NCBI GenBank assembly: GCA_002269645.1
Contig: NIVC01002596.1
Location: forward strand, 94,885-158,884
Length of the DNA stretch: 64,000 nt
Direction: 5' to 3'
From: Macrostomum lignano
Lineage: Eukaryota
In this document: positions 38,268 to 51,021 of the stretch, in pieces
Layout of the letters: each line of letters starts with the position of its first letter
How positions within the stretch are numbered: position 1 is the first letter of the stretch
Position numbers and translations under genes: made by a program
Notes under the pieces: model-generated
Seen by the model: the letters and a program-made list of their open reading frames with translations, nothing else
Databases searched by the model: none
What the model was told of the DNA's origin: nothing

Positions 38268-38930
38268 ATCTGACACCCAATGTGGCGCCTATCTGACACT
38301 GAAAGTGGCGCCCGTCTAACACTCAAACTGGCGTCCATTTGACACTGAAAGTGGCGCCTATCTGACACTGAAAGTGGCGCCTGTCTGACACTGAAAGTGG
38401 CACCCGTCTGACACTCAAACTGGCGCCCATCTGACACTCAAACTGGCGCCCATCTGATACTGACAATGGCGCCCATCTGATACTGAAAGTGGCGCCCGTC
38501 TGACACTCAAACTGGCGCCTATCTGACACTGAAAGTGTCACCCGTCTGACACTCAAACTGGCGCCTATCTGACACTGAAAGTGTCACCCGTCTGACACTC
38601 AAACTGGCGCCTATCTGACACTGAAAGTGTCACCCGTCTGACACTCAAACTGGCGCCTGTCTGACACTGAAAGTGGCGTCCATCTGATACTGACAGTGGC
38701 GCCTATCTGACACTGAAAGTGGCGTCCATCTGATACTGACAGTGGCGCCCATCTGACACTGAAAGTGGCGTCCATCTGATACTGACAGTGGCGCCTATCT
38801 GACACTGAAAGTGGCGCCCGTCTGACACTCAAACTGGCGCCTATGTGACACTGAAAGTGGCGCCCATCTGACACTGAAAGTGGCGCCCATCTGATACTGA
38901 CAGTGGCGCCTATCTGATACCCCAATGTGG
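38268..38930. repeat. 23-bp minisatellite (CTGACACTGAAAGTGGCGCCCAT)n
   Basis: gacactg recurs at 38341 and 38364. Confidence 0.95.
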
Positions 38931-39130
38931 CGCACCGTTGGGAACCGATCGAAGGATCGGTGATTGAAAATCTCTCTACTCAAAATTTCCTAGGGGACTG
39001 AGAGACGCGTCAGCTGAGTGAAATCCAAAACTACCAATAAAAGCCAATGCACTTTTATTCCAATTTTCAACAAAATCCATTGGCAAAGGGCTTGACAGGT
39101 ATAAATATAAATACTGGTATTTTTGCTTAC

Positions 39131-39450
39131 CAATCCGTTGAGAAAAGATTCCAGCTGTCTCCTTCAACTTTTGGCGATAATAATTAATGGGAATATTTCT
39201 CTGGCGTGGGGAGGGGGAGGCGACTGCAGCAGGCAGCAGCAGCGGTCAGTTCGGGATAGCGCAGAAATATATGGGGATGACGGGACACTGGGAAGTGAAG
39301 GGGCAGCAGAGACACGCGGGAACCGAAGCGAAGCGGCTGACAAGCAGAAACAGGCCTTCCACCGAAACTCTCAGCATGCAGGCTCCACCGATTGTATCCC
39401 GAGCAGTTGTTTTGGGTCCAAAATAAAAAGCCTTAGGCGCTCATTAGAGA
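39131..39450 (-). other. Possible non-coding 5' exon of the protocadherin gene
   Basis: GC-moderate stretch ending in a strong minus-strand donor GATTG|GTAAGC at 39130; CCAAT-like motif near 39580. Inference only; the 5' end is arbitrary. Confidence 0.3.
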
Positions 39451-39879
39451 GACTGAGCGAAATTCTTTGCTTGCTTAGGTTGACTGGGGGGGGGGCTACT
39501 AGAAGCAGAAGCTGCTAAACGTTTTGGCATATTTTTATACGGCTGAGAGTTGCCCGACAGCTGCATCCTCCGCTGCGGTCCAATCAGTATTAGCTCATGG
39601 CAGTGCACCCAATGGGCTCGAATCCTTGCACTTGGGGCCCACAAAGGGCCAGCCACCCGTAGGCACAGGGTGTGTGCACTGACTGACTGACTGACGAAAA
39701 TCCCGGACCGCTGTACACTCTGTGTGAGCGGGCGTGTGTGCTAGATCATGCGGTGAATCTCTTTCGGATCAATAGCGTTTGATTGCGACTAGTGAGGATT
39801 TGTTTATACTCAAGGGGGCAGGGCAGCTCAGGGGTTAACGCGCCGGACTCTCGAGCTACAACCCCTGCACCCCACTGTG

Positions 39880-40645
39880 GCGACCCTGACACCCCAGAGT
39901 GGCGATCCTGACACTTCAGAGTGGCGATCCTGACACCCCAGAGTGGCGATCCTGACACCTCAGAGTGGCGATCCTGACACCCCAGAGTGGCGATCCTGAC
40001 ACCTCAGAGTGGCGATCCTGACACCCCAGAGTGGCGATCCTGACACCTCAGAGTGGCGATCCTGACACCCCAGAGTGGCGATCCTGACACCTCAGAGTGG
40101 CGATCCTGACACCTCAGAGTGGCGATCCTGCACCCCAGAGTGGCGATCCTGACACCCCAGAGTGGCGACCCTGACACCCCGAAGTGACGACCCTGACACC
40201 TCAGAGTGGCGATCCTGACACTACAGAGTGGCGATCCTGACACTACAGAGTGGCGATCCTGACACCCCAGAATGGCGATCCTGACACTACAGAGTGGCGA
40301 TCCTGACACCCCAGAATGGCGATCCTGACACATCAGAGTGGCGAATACTGACAACCTAGAGTGGCGATCCTGACACCCTAGAGTGGCGATCCTGACACCT
40401 CAGAGTGGCGATTCTGACACCCCAGAGTGGCGATCCTGACACCTCAGAGTGGCGAGCCTGACACCCTAGAGTGGCGATTCTGACACCCCAGAGTGACGAC
40501 CCTGACACCCCAGAGTGGCGAGCCTGACACCTCAGGGTGGCAAGCCTGACACCCCAGAGTGGCGATCCTGACACCCCAGAGTGGCGATCCTGTCCTGACA
40601 CCCTAGAGTGGCGAGCCTGACACCCAGGGTGGCGACTCTGACACC
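39880..40645. repeat. 22-bp minisatellite (GAGTGGCGATCCTGACACCCCA)n
   Basis: ggcgatc recurs at 39901 and 39923. Confidence 0.95.
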
Positions 40646-41168
40646 TTATCCTATAATAATTTCAGTGCCAAAGGAGATTCAAAGATTCCCTTCAGGAAAA
40701 AGGACCAAAGCTTTTCAAAAGACAAAAAAGCAAGACTTGAAAATAGCATAGCACCGAGTTGCGTTTTTTCAAGAGTTCAATAGAAAAATAACATTTTATT
40801 TGATTATGGATGCCTTTTTTCGAAGCTTTATTTCGAGTAAGTTGCAATATAGTTACGGATTCAGACAGGCGACGGATATAAAGTAAGATTGAGCACGGGT
40901 TTCAACTAATTAAACGCATTTTTCAGTAGAATACAACTATCAAACTAGAACTAAGTAGTAATAGAACTAAAAAAATCGCAAATTTCAATAAAGTTAAACG
41001 AAGTAGCACCGCGTTGAAACAAAATGCCTTACAATGCCTTAGAAGCTGTTGAAAAAAGTAATTATTTTGTAAAAGTAAGTATTAGAGAAGCAGACTAATA
41101 ATAATAAAAACTGACAGCATGCAGAACTTTTGGCTTTGATTAATATTAGTTTGGATCACAGATACTAG

Positions 41169-41589
41169 AATAACTAGTTGGGCCACTCAGCACATTTGCG
41201 TGTAAGCTACTTTCAGTTCAGTAGTAAGTTAAACTGAAGCATTTTAATGTATTTTTAAAGCCAAGGCTCATTTATTGGCTCTTACCCCTCCAGCTTAAAC
41301 CCCAAACTCCACGCAGAACCTCTACCCCCACCCCGCCCCAATTTTTATTGCCTTTCTCGGAATTCCAGCCTAAAGCTGCCATGTACATTTCAGTGGACTG
41401 GCTAATGTACATTACTGCTGAACCAATTAGCAAGCTGTTTACGTCTGCAAGCTTGGGCTTCTAAACTTATCAAAGTCATTTCAGCTGACTTTATCTGTAT
41501 AAAATAGCTCATGTATTCTTCTTTGCTACTGAACTGAAAGTAGAAAGCTGTTTACTAAGTATATATGCCTGAGTGGCCCATTGGTTATT
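41169..41589. mobile_element. MITE-like element, copy 2 (inverted relative to 4205-4662)
   Basis: TIRs AATAACTAGTTGGGCCACTCAG and CTGAGTGGCCCATTGGTTATT; the interior is the reverse complement of copy 1 with substitutions and indels. Confidence 0.8.
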
Positions 41590-41698
41590 TTAGTTTCTGT
41601 GGTTTGGATTAAAAACGCACACAGTATAAATAGCATATATGTACACACAGAAATTGTTGTCAGACTCCCCGCATGCTACTAACACTTACTCGAATCCG

Positions 41699-43711
41699 TC
41701 AGGCCACCTGCAGGCTACGGCGGGTCAGACGCCTCTGCTGTTGCTGCTGCTGCCCAGACACCCGCCTGCGCTCGTTGACTGCGGCGCTTTCAGCAGCGGC
41801 GGGTGGCCAGCCGCCGAGTCTGCAGGCCTCCAGCTGGGCGAATCTGCGACGAGTATCGACAATGTCAGCTTCGACATTTGACCAGGCGGCGTGCAGCTGG
41901 GCGGGCGACGGCTGACCGGCCGGCACCAGTTTGGCCTCGAATGCCGGCAGGGTGTCCCGGATGAGGCGGCCGGCCGCGGCCAGGGCGCCAGTCAGCTCGG
42001 ACAGCAGCGACTGGGGCACCGACTCGCTGATTGACACCTGGGAATAACAGTGCGTTGAGGCGGGAATGGGATGGTATTGGTAGGATAAAGAAGGGAAGAT
42101 TATCAAGGGGATAAACAAGGGGAGATTATCAAGGGGATAAACAAGGGGAGATTATCAAGGGGATAAACAAGGGGAGATTATCAAGGGGATAAACAAGGGG
42201 AGATTATCAAGGGGATAAACAAGGGGAGATTATCAAGGGGATAAACAAGGGAAGATTATCAAGGGGATAAACAAGGAAAGATTATCAAGGGGATAAACAA
42301 GGGGAGATTATCAAGGGGATAAACAAGGGAAGATTATCAAGGGGATAAACAAGGGGAGATTATCAAGGGGATAAACAAGGGAAGATTATCAAGGGGATAA
42401 ACAAGGGGAGATTATCAAGGGGATAAACTAGGGAAGATTATCAAGGGGATAAACAAGGGGAGATTATCAAGGGGATAAACAAGGGGAGATTATCAAGGGG
42501 ATAAACAAGGGAAGATTATCAAGGGGATAAACAAGGAAAGATTATCAAGGGGATAAACAAGGGGAGATTATCAAGGGGATAAACAAGGGAAGATTATCAA
42601 GGGGATAAACAAGGGGAGATTATCAAGGGGATAAACAAGGGAAGATTATCAAGGGGATAAACAAGGGGAGATTATCAAGGGGATAAACAAGGGAAGATTA
42701 TCAAGGGGATAAACAAGGGAAGATTATCAAGGGGATAAACAAGGGGAGATTATCAAGGGGAGAAAAAGGGGGAGATTATCAAGGGGATAAACAAGGGAAG
42801 ATTATCAAGGGGATAAACAAGGGGAGATTATCAAGGGGAGAAAAAAGGGGAGATTATCAAGGGGATAAACAAGGGGAGATTATCAAGGGCAGGCGCGTCG
42901 CCACCAATGCTTTGTGCAATGGGGGGCATGCCAATGCTTTGTCCATCAGTCAATCCTCGATAAAAATTACCTCTTTCCAATCGTCAATGAGAAAGCGAAT
43001 CAGCTCCCACTGCTGATGCAGCAGCATTCGATATTTGCGAATGGCATCCTCAGACTCTCTGGCCTTCTCTCGGGCCTGGTCTACAAGCGCGGCCTCCTCG
43101 TCTTCGTCGGCCTCTTCAACGTCGCAGAACAGGGTACGCCAGACCGCCTGCGGCGAAGTGCCATCGTCGGCGGCCGGCTGGGTGAGCCTGGGCGGTCGCT
43201 GAGGCGAGGCGGCAAGCAAACTATTATTAGCATTGGGCACGCAGCAGATGCTGTGCCGGCCGCTGGCGGCCAAGGACCGGCGGCCTCGGGGCCTGCAGTC
43301 AATCATTGGCGAGTTCATGATGGCCAAACAGCGCAGCTCCGGATCGCGGATTCGCAGCAGGTCAGTGGACTTTCTAGCGACTGGGATTCGCCTGGACTGC
43401 TGCTGCTGTTTCTGCTGCTGCTGCTGAGGCGGAGCCGGGGTCGAGAATCGAACCCCGGGAGACTGGATAGCCTGCTGCATCTGCTGCTGATGGCGCTGAG
43501 CAGTCGATGAAGCTGGAAAACTTGATTCAGTGCCAGCATGATGGCTGGTGCTAGGAGCATTCTGTTGCAGTTGCTGACGGGCGCTACCAGCCTGAGATGT
43601 GGCCAGTTTAAACAGTGCTGGAGAGCCAGCATGCTTGCTTAGGGCTGATGGCTGCTGCTGCTGTCTCTGCGGTGTTGCAGCACCAGCAATTGACCGCCTG
43701 TTCACTGGCAT
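41699..43711 (-). CDS. DLGAP5: GKAP/SAPAP-homology domain protein, DLGAP5/HURP/Mars-like; 2 coding exons, ~359 aa
   Basis: Exons 43711-42971 (donor GAG|GTAATT) and 42037-41699 (acceptor ttcccag|GTG), both phase 0. LTGALAAAGRLIRDTLPAFEAKL and QLHAAWSNVEADIVDTRRRFAQLEACRLGGW follow the GKAP-domain pattern (I.SAVG.A.LL...F.QF / DL.GFWD.V...VED....F..L..L...GW) from memory. The N-terminus is basic and Q/S/P-rich. Confidence 0.65.
42096..42888. repeat. 26-bp minisatellite (CAAGGGGATAAACAAGGGGAGATTAT)n filling the DLGAP-like intron
   Basis: tatcaagggg at 42101 and 42127; the variant ggaaag recurs 260 bp apart. Confidence 0.96.
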
Positions 43712-43815
43712 TCTTGAGCGCTTTGCTATTCATCAAGCGGAGTGTTGTGCTCTAATTTATGATTTACTGCATTACTAATCAGTGCATAATATTAAGAAGA
43801 GCATGCTTGGGATTC

Positions 43816-43905
43816 ATTGGCAACACATGAAAGTTGCTATTGGACAGAATAGCAGTCACGTGACAGCTCTCAGCCAATAGCGACTTAAATGTAGATGTTA
43901 CCAAT
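43816..43905. promoter_or_regulatory. Putative promoter of the DLGAP-like gene: four CCAAT boxes and a GTCACGTGAC palindrome
   Basis: ATTGG 43816 and 43839, GTCACGTGAC 43855-43864, CCAAT 43874 and 43901; 100-200 bp upstream of ATG 43711. Confidence 0.45.
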
Positions 43906-46816
43906 AGAAACAGCCAGGTGATTCCCAAGGTTGCGCATTTATGAAGGAGACATGCGCTTCAATATAAAATTGATGGAAACTTTGTTTCTTAGATATACAC
44001 TGCGAAGAAGGCAACTTTTATTTTAGTTTAGAACAAAAGAGCACTCCACTTCTCATTGATAATTTTTTTCAAGAAGCAGTGTTTTTGCAATTGCAAATTA
44101 CAATTTGTAAACAGTCTTAAATAGTATTTGCTAGTAGTAGCAATGAGTATAGATTAAATTTTTTTTATAGAGAAAAAGGTTTTAGCCTACAAAACAGTGT
44201 AGGCTAAAGAGGATGAAGGGGCAAATTGCCTAGTGCCAGGTAGAAAAAGGATTAACTCCCTAGGAAATTAAGGCATATTGTCTACACAAATAATTGAGAT
44301 TTTTAATAATAGACAGTGAACTTGTGAACTGCAATCCATTTTGATAAGCTAACACTAGCTTATAAAAAAAGCATATATATCATGCTAGCCCATACATTAC
44401 ACTCAAATTCAGAGCATACATAAAATAGATTAGTTCACTTTATAACCCAAAACTACACTAATAATGAGGTCAACTCCTCCTTTGGCAAAGTAAGGGGATA
44501 GAACTCCCATTCCCAGAAGTTCATTCTGTGAAATCCATTAGCTGAATCTCATGACCCAAATCCTATCCTCCAAATGCTCTTTAAATCTTCTATAAAACAT
44601 CTCAAATATCATATCTTGTTTTCCCTGTTGGCTAAAATTGACCACCATTATTCCAACTAAGACTCTCTCCTGTCTCCTCTCTCCTATCTCATTTTGTCTC
44701 TTTTATTTATACTGTTCTCTCTTATCTCTCTTTTTCTTTTTACCTCTCTTATCTCACATCTTTACTCTCTTATCTATTCTCTCTTCTACCTTGTCCTCTC
44801 TTTTCTATCATCTCTCCTCTTGTCTCCTTTCTATCTTTTAAATTCTCTTATCTGACTGACTGAAGGTGCCAATAATAAAACTAATTGAAATTTGTTACCA
44901 CCCTCTCCATTACTGAAATTACTTAAATGATAGCTAGCTTGAATGTGCATATGCAACCCCTCAACTTGATCTGACTTTGACCTATTGCAAAAATGACTAC
45001 AATCTTTGCAGAAAGTTAAAAGTATAGAAATTATTTTTTGAATGCTATGCTTTTTGTTTTTATATTTAAAGTAAACAACTTATATTCCCAAACTCAGCAT
45101 TGCAAGATCTTTCTAGCAATATAAGTCTTTCCTCTGAAATTTTAAAACCTGAGGAACAATTAGCATTTGAAATTTCCTAATTTCCTGTCTGCTTACTTGA
45201 GAAGCTTGCAAGTTTATTCTTTGAATTTCATTGCCTAGCTAACACAGTACTGCCTATTAAAAGGTACAATAATAAAACCAATTGAATCTCAACATAATCC
45301 TATCTATGTTTACACTGTATAACTGCTTGTATACTCAGCCCAAGCCCAACCCAACTTGTTTCAAGAGAATCATTAAATTTAATTTCACCTTAAAAATGTA
45401 GGGCAATAGTTGCATTAAATGCACAATACATTTCATTTACCTCTCTAATACCCAGCAACCTGCAGGTAGAGGTTAGAGTAGTTTTTTTATAAATAGACTG
45501 CTACCCCCTACTAGAAAGACAAAAGGGCCAAAAAAGGTTAAGAAAAGTTTTTTCTGCTTTTTTTCAGACTTAATTTTGAAAATTTTAACTTGAAATAGCC
45601 TATTTGTTGCATAGGAAAATTATGCATTAATTCAGAAGTCTCACAGTTGAGTTGGCAGCCAAGAAGAGGAGATACGTGTTAAACCTGGCTAGTCAATTGA
45701 TCAATCTACTCAGCTTTAGATAACATTGTGTCAGTTTTATTATATTTAGAGATAGATTCTAATGAGATTTTGAAAGTTATTTTTCAAATATTTTTTCCAT
45801 TTCATTTGAAAAGTTATTGCTTTAGAGTTCTTTCATAATTATAGGTACAATTAAATTGCATTTTGGTCAAAAAGTAAATCATACAGCTAGATAAAATTTC
45901 AAAGTTAAATATATATGCCATAGTTCAGAAGTCTCTGTATATATCCCAAAAAACAACCAAATGTTTTGGTATATGCCAATGTATACCAAATATATTTACC
46001 TTATAGAAGTTATGCAAAACTTCAAATCATCAATTTTGAATGTTATTACTAGACTAGTGATTTTGATATTTATTTTTAATTAGATGAAGTTAGCCACAAA
46101 AAATAGAATTTATAGAGTTTGTCAAAATTTAAAATCTTTCTTAGTCTTTTACCTTTTAAAAATACAAAAATCAATTTTTGCATTATATAGTTATCAAATA
46201 TTATAATTATACTACATGGACAACTATTGGGACTATTATTGATAAATGTGTTATTTTTTATCTTTGATGCATATCATGTAAGCCCCCTACCAAAATATCA
46301 ACATATATACCAAAAGCCCAAAATCACTTTTTGTATACCAACTATCTACCAAATTTCTTGAGTATATCCTAGAAATTTCCTATATAGATGTAGTCAATGA
46401 GTTTGTCTAGTAAAAACATTTTGGCCATAGACTAAGACTAGTAGTAGCTTTCTAGCATTAGATATATTATTATTATAACAAGTTTTATAGCATAGAATTA
46501 GTGCTTAGTAGCACATTAAACCCCATGGGGGCATTGAATTCAAAATCCAAATATTGAAAACATGAAAAATTGTTTTTTTGAGTATTTGACCTTCTTCTAA
46601 ATCTATTTTTCTTTGTTTGAAATTTTATATATACTCAGCAACATGGAAAAGTTGTCACTATATGCCAGTAAGCAATTTTTCATGGACTATTCTGAAATAA
46701 AATATACAAGAAGTCAAGAAAACTGATTAGATAGTTTTAATTCATCTAACAAAACCCTTACATACCTACTGCATCCCCCTCATTTCATTCCTTAACTCAA
46801 GCCTACTACAGTGTAG

Positions 46817-47306
46817 CCTGGATGGAATTCTTGCAGAAAAATCACAACGCGTTATGCGATTGCGCGAAAAAAATGCGATTTTGCGTCAAAAAATCCGGAA
46901 AAAATGCGTCGCAGAATTTCAGACAAAATTGCTAATTCTTAATATATGCAAAAGTGCGCTTGAGATATTGGATTTTGCAAAAGATAATCCTACTTGCTAA
47001 GATCACGAAGAAAAAAAGAATAAAAAGTAAAAACTAAATAAGGCACAAAAGTAAAAATTCGAAAAAATTCTATAAAAAGTAGAAACTCGTAACATTCTCT
47101 AACATACGTATTTGGACGAAAATTCAAATCACTACATTTTCTTAGAATGCATTTTTCGTTATTGTCTTTCGTTATTTCGTTATTTCGTTATTTTGCGACG
47201 TGCTAAGTATCAACATAAAAAATGCGACCAATAAAAAATATTTTGCGCGCCATAAAAAAATCGCATAATTCCGTTTGACTTAAGAAATACAAGAATTCCA
47301 TCCTGG
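46817..47306. mobile_element. 490-bp MITE with 8-bp TSD (hAT- or P-type)
   Basis: TIRs CCTGGATGGAATTCTTG / CAAGAATTCCATCCTGG (16/17). Perfect TSD CAGTGTAG at 46809-46816 and 47307-47314. Confidence 0.9.
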
Positions 47307-50300
47307 CAGTGTAGCAAGTTGCATTATTTGCAAAGATAAAGAAGCTTCACCTGCACTCTAAAAAGTAGTGACCATAGACTTTTCAATGTTGCTAAGAATA
47401 AAAGCACACTACAACACTAGGCCTAAGCCCCCAATGGTGGGCATTCAAGTAAAAAATTCAAACATTGAGAGCATTCCATATTCCAGATTATGTAGTATAT
47501 GCCCAAAAATTTGGACATGCATTGGCCTTGCATGCCAAAAGTAGGCGTGCACAGTTGGCATGCACTTCATAGAATCACATGGAAGAGTTATTGTGAAGTA
47601 GAAAAAAAGATGCAATGTTTTTTATTGTTATAACAAAAAAAGGTCATTTATTGTTGCAACACTGGTGTAGTTTAGAGAATGGGTGTGCACTCAATTTTTT
47701 TGGCATGCATTTGTAATAATTTGATTTTTGTTTGGTGTGCACCTAGCATGATCCGGACTGTGGAGAGCATTAAAAACTTTGTTTTTAAATTGGCCTAGTT
47801 GACCTACTTATAATTGCTAAAAATTTTATATACAAATTTGCCAATTGAATTTAAATCACTTGGGCCTATTATCTACTGCCCCTTATCTGCAACTGCGCTA
47901 CCTAGTGTTGCATTCATAAAAAAAGACAAACAAGATCAGAGCAGTTTAGAGGATTGATAAATTTTAAACTAGCTTTTTAATCCCCTTCTCATGCATCCAC
48001 TCTTTTATCAACAATAATAAAATTTAACCAGCCCTACAAATTACAAGCCCAAAGCCTGTCATATAGAGAGTCATAAAACTCCTTAGCTTAATTGTGAATG
48101 TATATTCTACATTGTAAATTGGCCCTAAGTTTTATATTAGGGCCTATCAATTATCAATAAAGTACTAAATAGTGGCATACAGTTTGTAGCAGTGATATTT
48201 ACAGTATGAGTAGGCCCCCTATATTGGATATGATCTAAAAGTGATTTGGCCATTTTTTATATATTATATCTTAAAGTAGGTTTTTAGATCTAGTTTCAGT
48301 AGTCCTAGCCTAGACCTATCACTATCAGACATAGTGCAAAAGTCATAATTTTGTCAATATTAAAAATATAAGCATAAAGTTTTACATAGAAGCATAGTTT
48401 ATTGCCCTGCATGTCTTTGATAAAAAACTCTAAAAATCCAGTAAAATAATTTATCGTCTTATTTTCTAGGCAATGCAATTAAAGAAGACGGCGGTTAAAG
48501 AAAATAGGTGAAAACGTATATTTAAGCATAATTGAGTTCTTAGAAAATTTTGATCAAACAGAATTTCGTATAAAAGTATAATTCCAGGATTAACTTGGCT
48601 GTTGTTTATTGTAACACGTAAAAGTAAACTTTTTAGTATGCTCGGTGATGTAAAATCTAAAGTTTTTTAAATACACATGAAAATGAATTTGTGCACAAAA
48701 TTAAGTGTGGAAAATTTTAACCAAGGACGACTTAAGTAGACCTTAAGTCGTCTACTTAAGTCGTCCTTGATTTTAACTTTTTCGTCCACGTTATGGCACT
48801 TGTTTACAAAAATTTCCTAAAAAAGGCTTAATGAAACTAATTGGCATCTTTTAGTGTTAGTTAAAATGTAAGTATGTAACTCTTACGGTAAATATTAATG
48901 TCATTGGCTATTCCTATCTAAAAACCTAAAAAATAGCAAATATTTTGCATTCTCTAAAAGTGAAATAGTACCAGTTTTTGTATCACAGAAACAGAGATGC
49001 TAGACCTAGGCCTAGGCCCTATAGCATCTTGATTTTCCAAATCATATCCTGAAATTGGACCTTGAATATTAATTATTATTGCATCTTATTCTTAATCTTA
49101 GTGTTAGCAAATAAACTAGCAACCCTGGCAGCCTGGCCTAACTAAAAGCTATAAGTATAGATTATTTATAATAAAATAGTGTTATTAGAAAAGATTACCA
49201 ATTTGCAATTGTTATTTGTCTGGTGACCAGACAAATAGTGACGTGGTTATTTGTCTGGTTACTGTTACTGGACAAATAACTATCTCATTATTTGTCTAGC
49301 TAGGCCCTAATTTGGCTTAGGCCCCCCTATAGCCAAAATATAGGGCCTAGCCATTTTGTTATTTGTCTAGTTTAATTGCTAATAAATAGCCTATACAAAT
49401 ATTTAACTTCAAAATATTAGTTAATGATTATTAATATTCTGGATTTTTTATTCTGAAAATTCACGCAGTCAAACCTTGCTTTTTTCCTGTGCTTTGCTTT
49501 ATAAAAAGGTACATAGCATAGAGGGGTATTAGTATAGGCCTAAGGAAGATAGGAAGTAGGCCTAGTCAAACTAAGTATAGACTAGACATACACTAGTTGG
49601 CCTATAACAACATTAATCAAGATAGAATCTATCTATGTGTCTAACAAGATAGATACATATAAGAAGCCTTTAATTTAAAATCTAGAAATATATTTTTTAA
49701 ATGTATAAATATTAGGCCTAAGCCTAATATCTTTTTAATTGGACAAATTACAAATTGGCTAATTACTAGACAAATAACAACTGCCTTATAAATTTATCCT
49801 AAAGTGTTTAAAACCTTAAAATATTATTTAGACAAACCTTAAATTAAAAAACTTCAAGGCTTTCATTAAACTACTTAAAATGTTTTTGATTTAAATATTA
49901 TTTCTATTTTTTTATCTTATCTATGACTATAGGGCCTATTATAATTTCTTACTAACTAAATCTGGGTTCAGCAAACTCTAGCCTGTGGGCCAGATCTGGC
50001 CTGCAATACTTTCAAATCTGGCCTGCAGCACTTTTACTATTTAACAATAGAAAAGTAGCCCACAAATCAATTTTATATTGAAATATTTAGCTTTAGAAGT
50101 AAAATTAGCTTTTACTCTATCATGGACCAGATGTCAGTTTTAATTGTAGGATTTTTTGTCATATTTGGTCCATGCTCTAATCATTTAAACTTGTCATTTA
50201 TAGCCTATATTTGTTGCATATTTTTTCTTTTAGCCCACTGTATTAGCCTAATCTTCCAATCTAGCCTACATTAAAAAAGATTGCCAATCCCTAGACTAAA

Positions 50301-51021
50301 TAATATATAAAGTTTAGTAATCATTCAATTTTGCATGTTTGATTATATTTCTCATCTGAGTATTTGTAGTTTTTGTTCAGTGTAACAATGAATATTATAA
50401 CAGTTATAGAAAACTTGGTTTATAGGTTTCAACAAATAGATTGTCACTTGTCAACTTATAAATTACTGAATAGCCTAAATAGGCAGTCCTATGGGTAGAG
50501 AAATTGTTTATAACATTTTATTTTAGGCCAAGTCTAGTGTAATATGTAAATATTCTTGGCTTTTTTACTTAGCCAAATAGAATGTAACATATTTTGCCAA
50601 CAGAGTTATTAATATATAAAATATATGCTGTAGGCCTATATGATATGATAAGCAAGTTATTTCTATGAATTTTAAAAATAATATATTTTATTAATTTTTT
50701 GTTTTTAAAATCAAATTAAAATAATAGTACATATGATATTATGGAATTAGGCAAACAATTTTTGTATAACTTATTACTAAAATTACTCTTCAAATTTTTA
50801 TAATTATGAGGGTTTTGCTATTTTTTGTTTGTGTTTTTTAAACTTAAGTCTCAAAAGATGATGCATAAACATGATTCTAAAGTATAGAAATCTACTAGTA
50901 GAATGTGCATATTATATTTCTATTCCTCATTGCAGCCTCAGCCCAATGAGTCATCACCGCAAGGCCTCAAGCACTCCAGTTAGAACTGGCCAACAGAGTG
51001 CAGTGGGCTCTGGGCCAGGCT

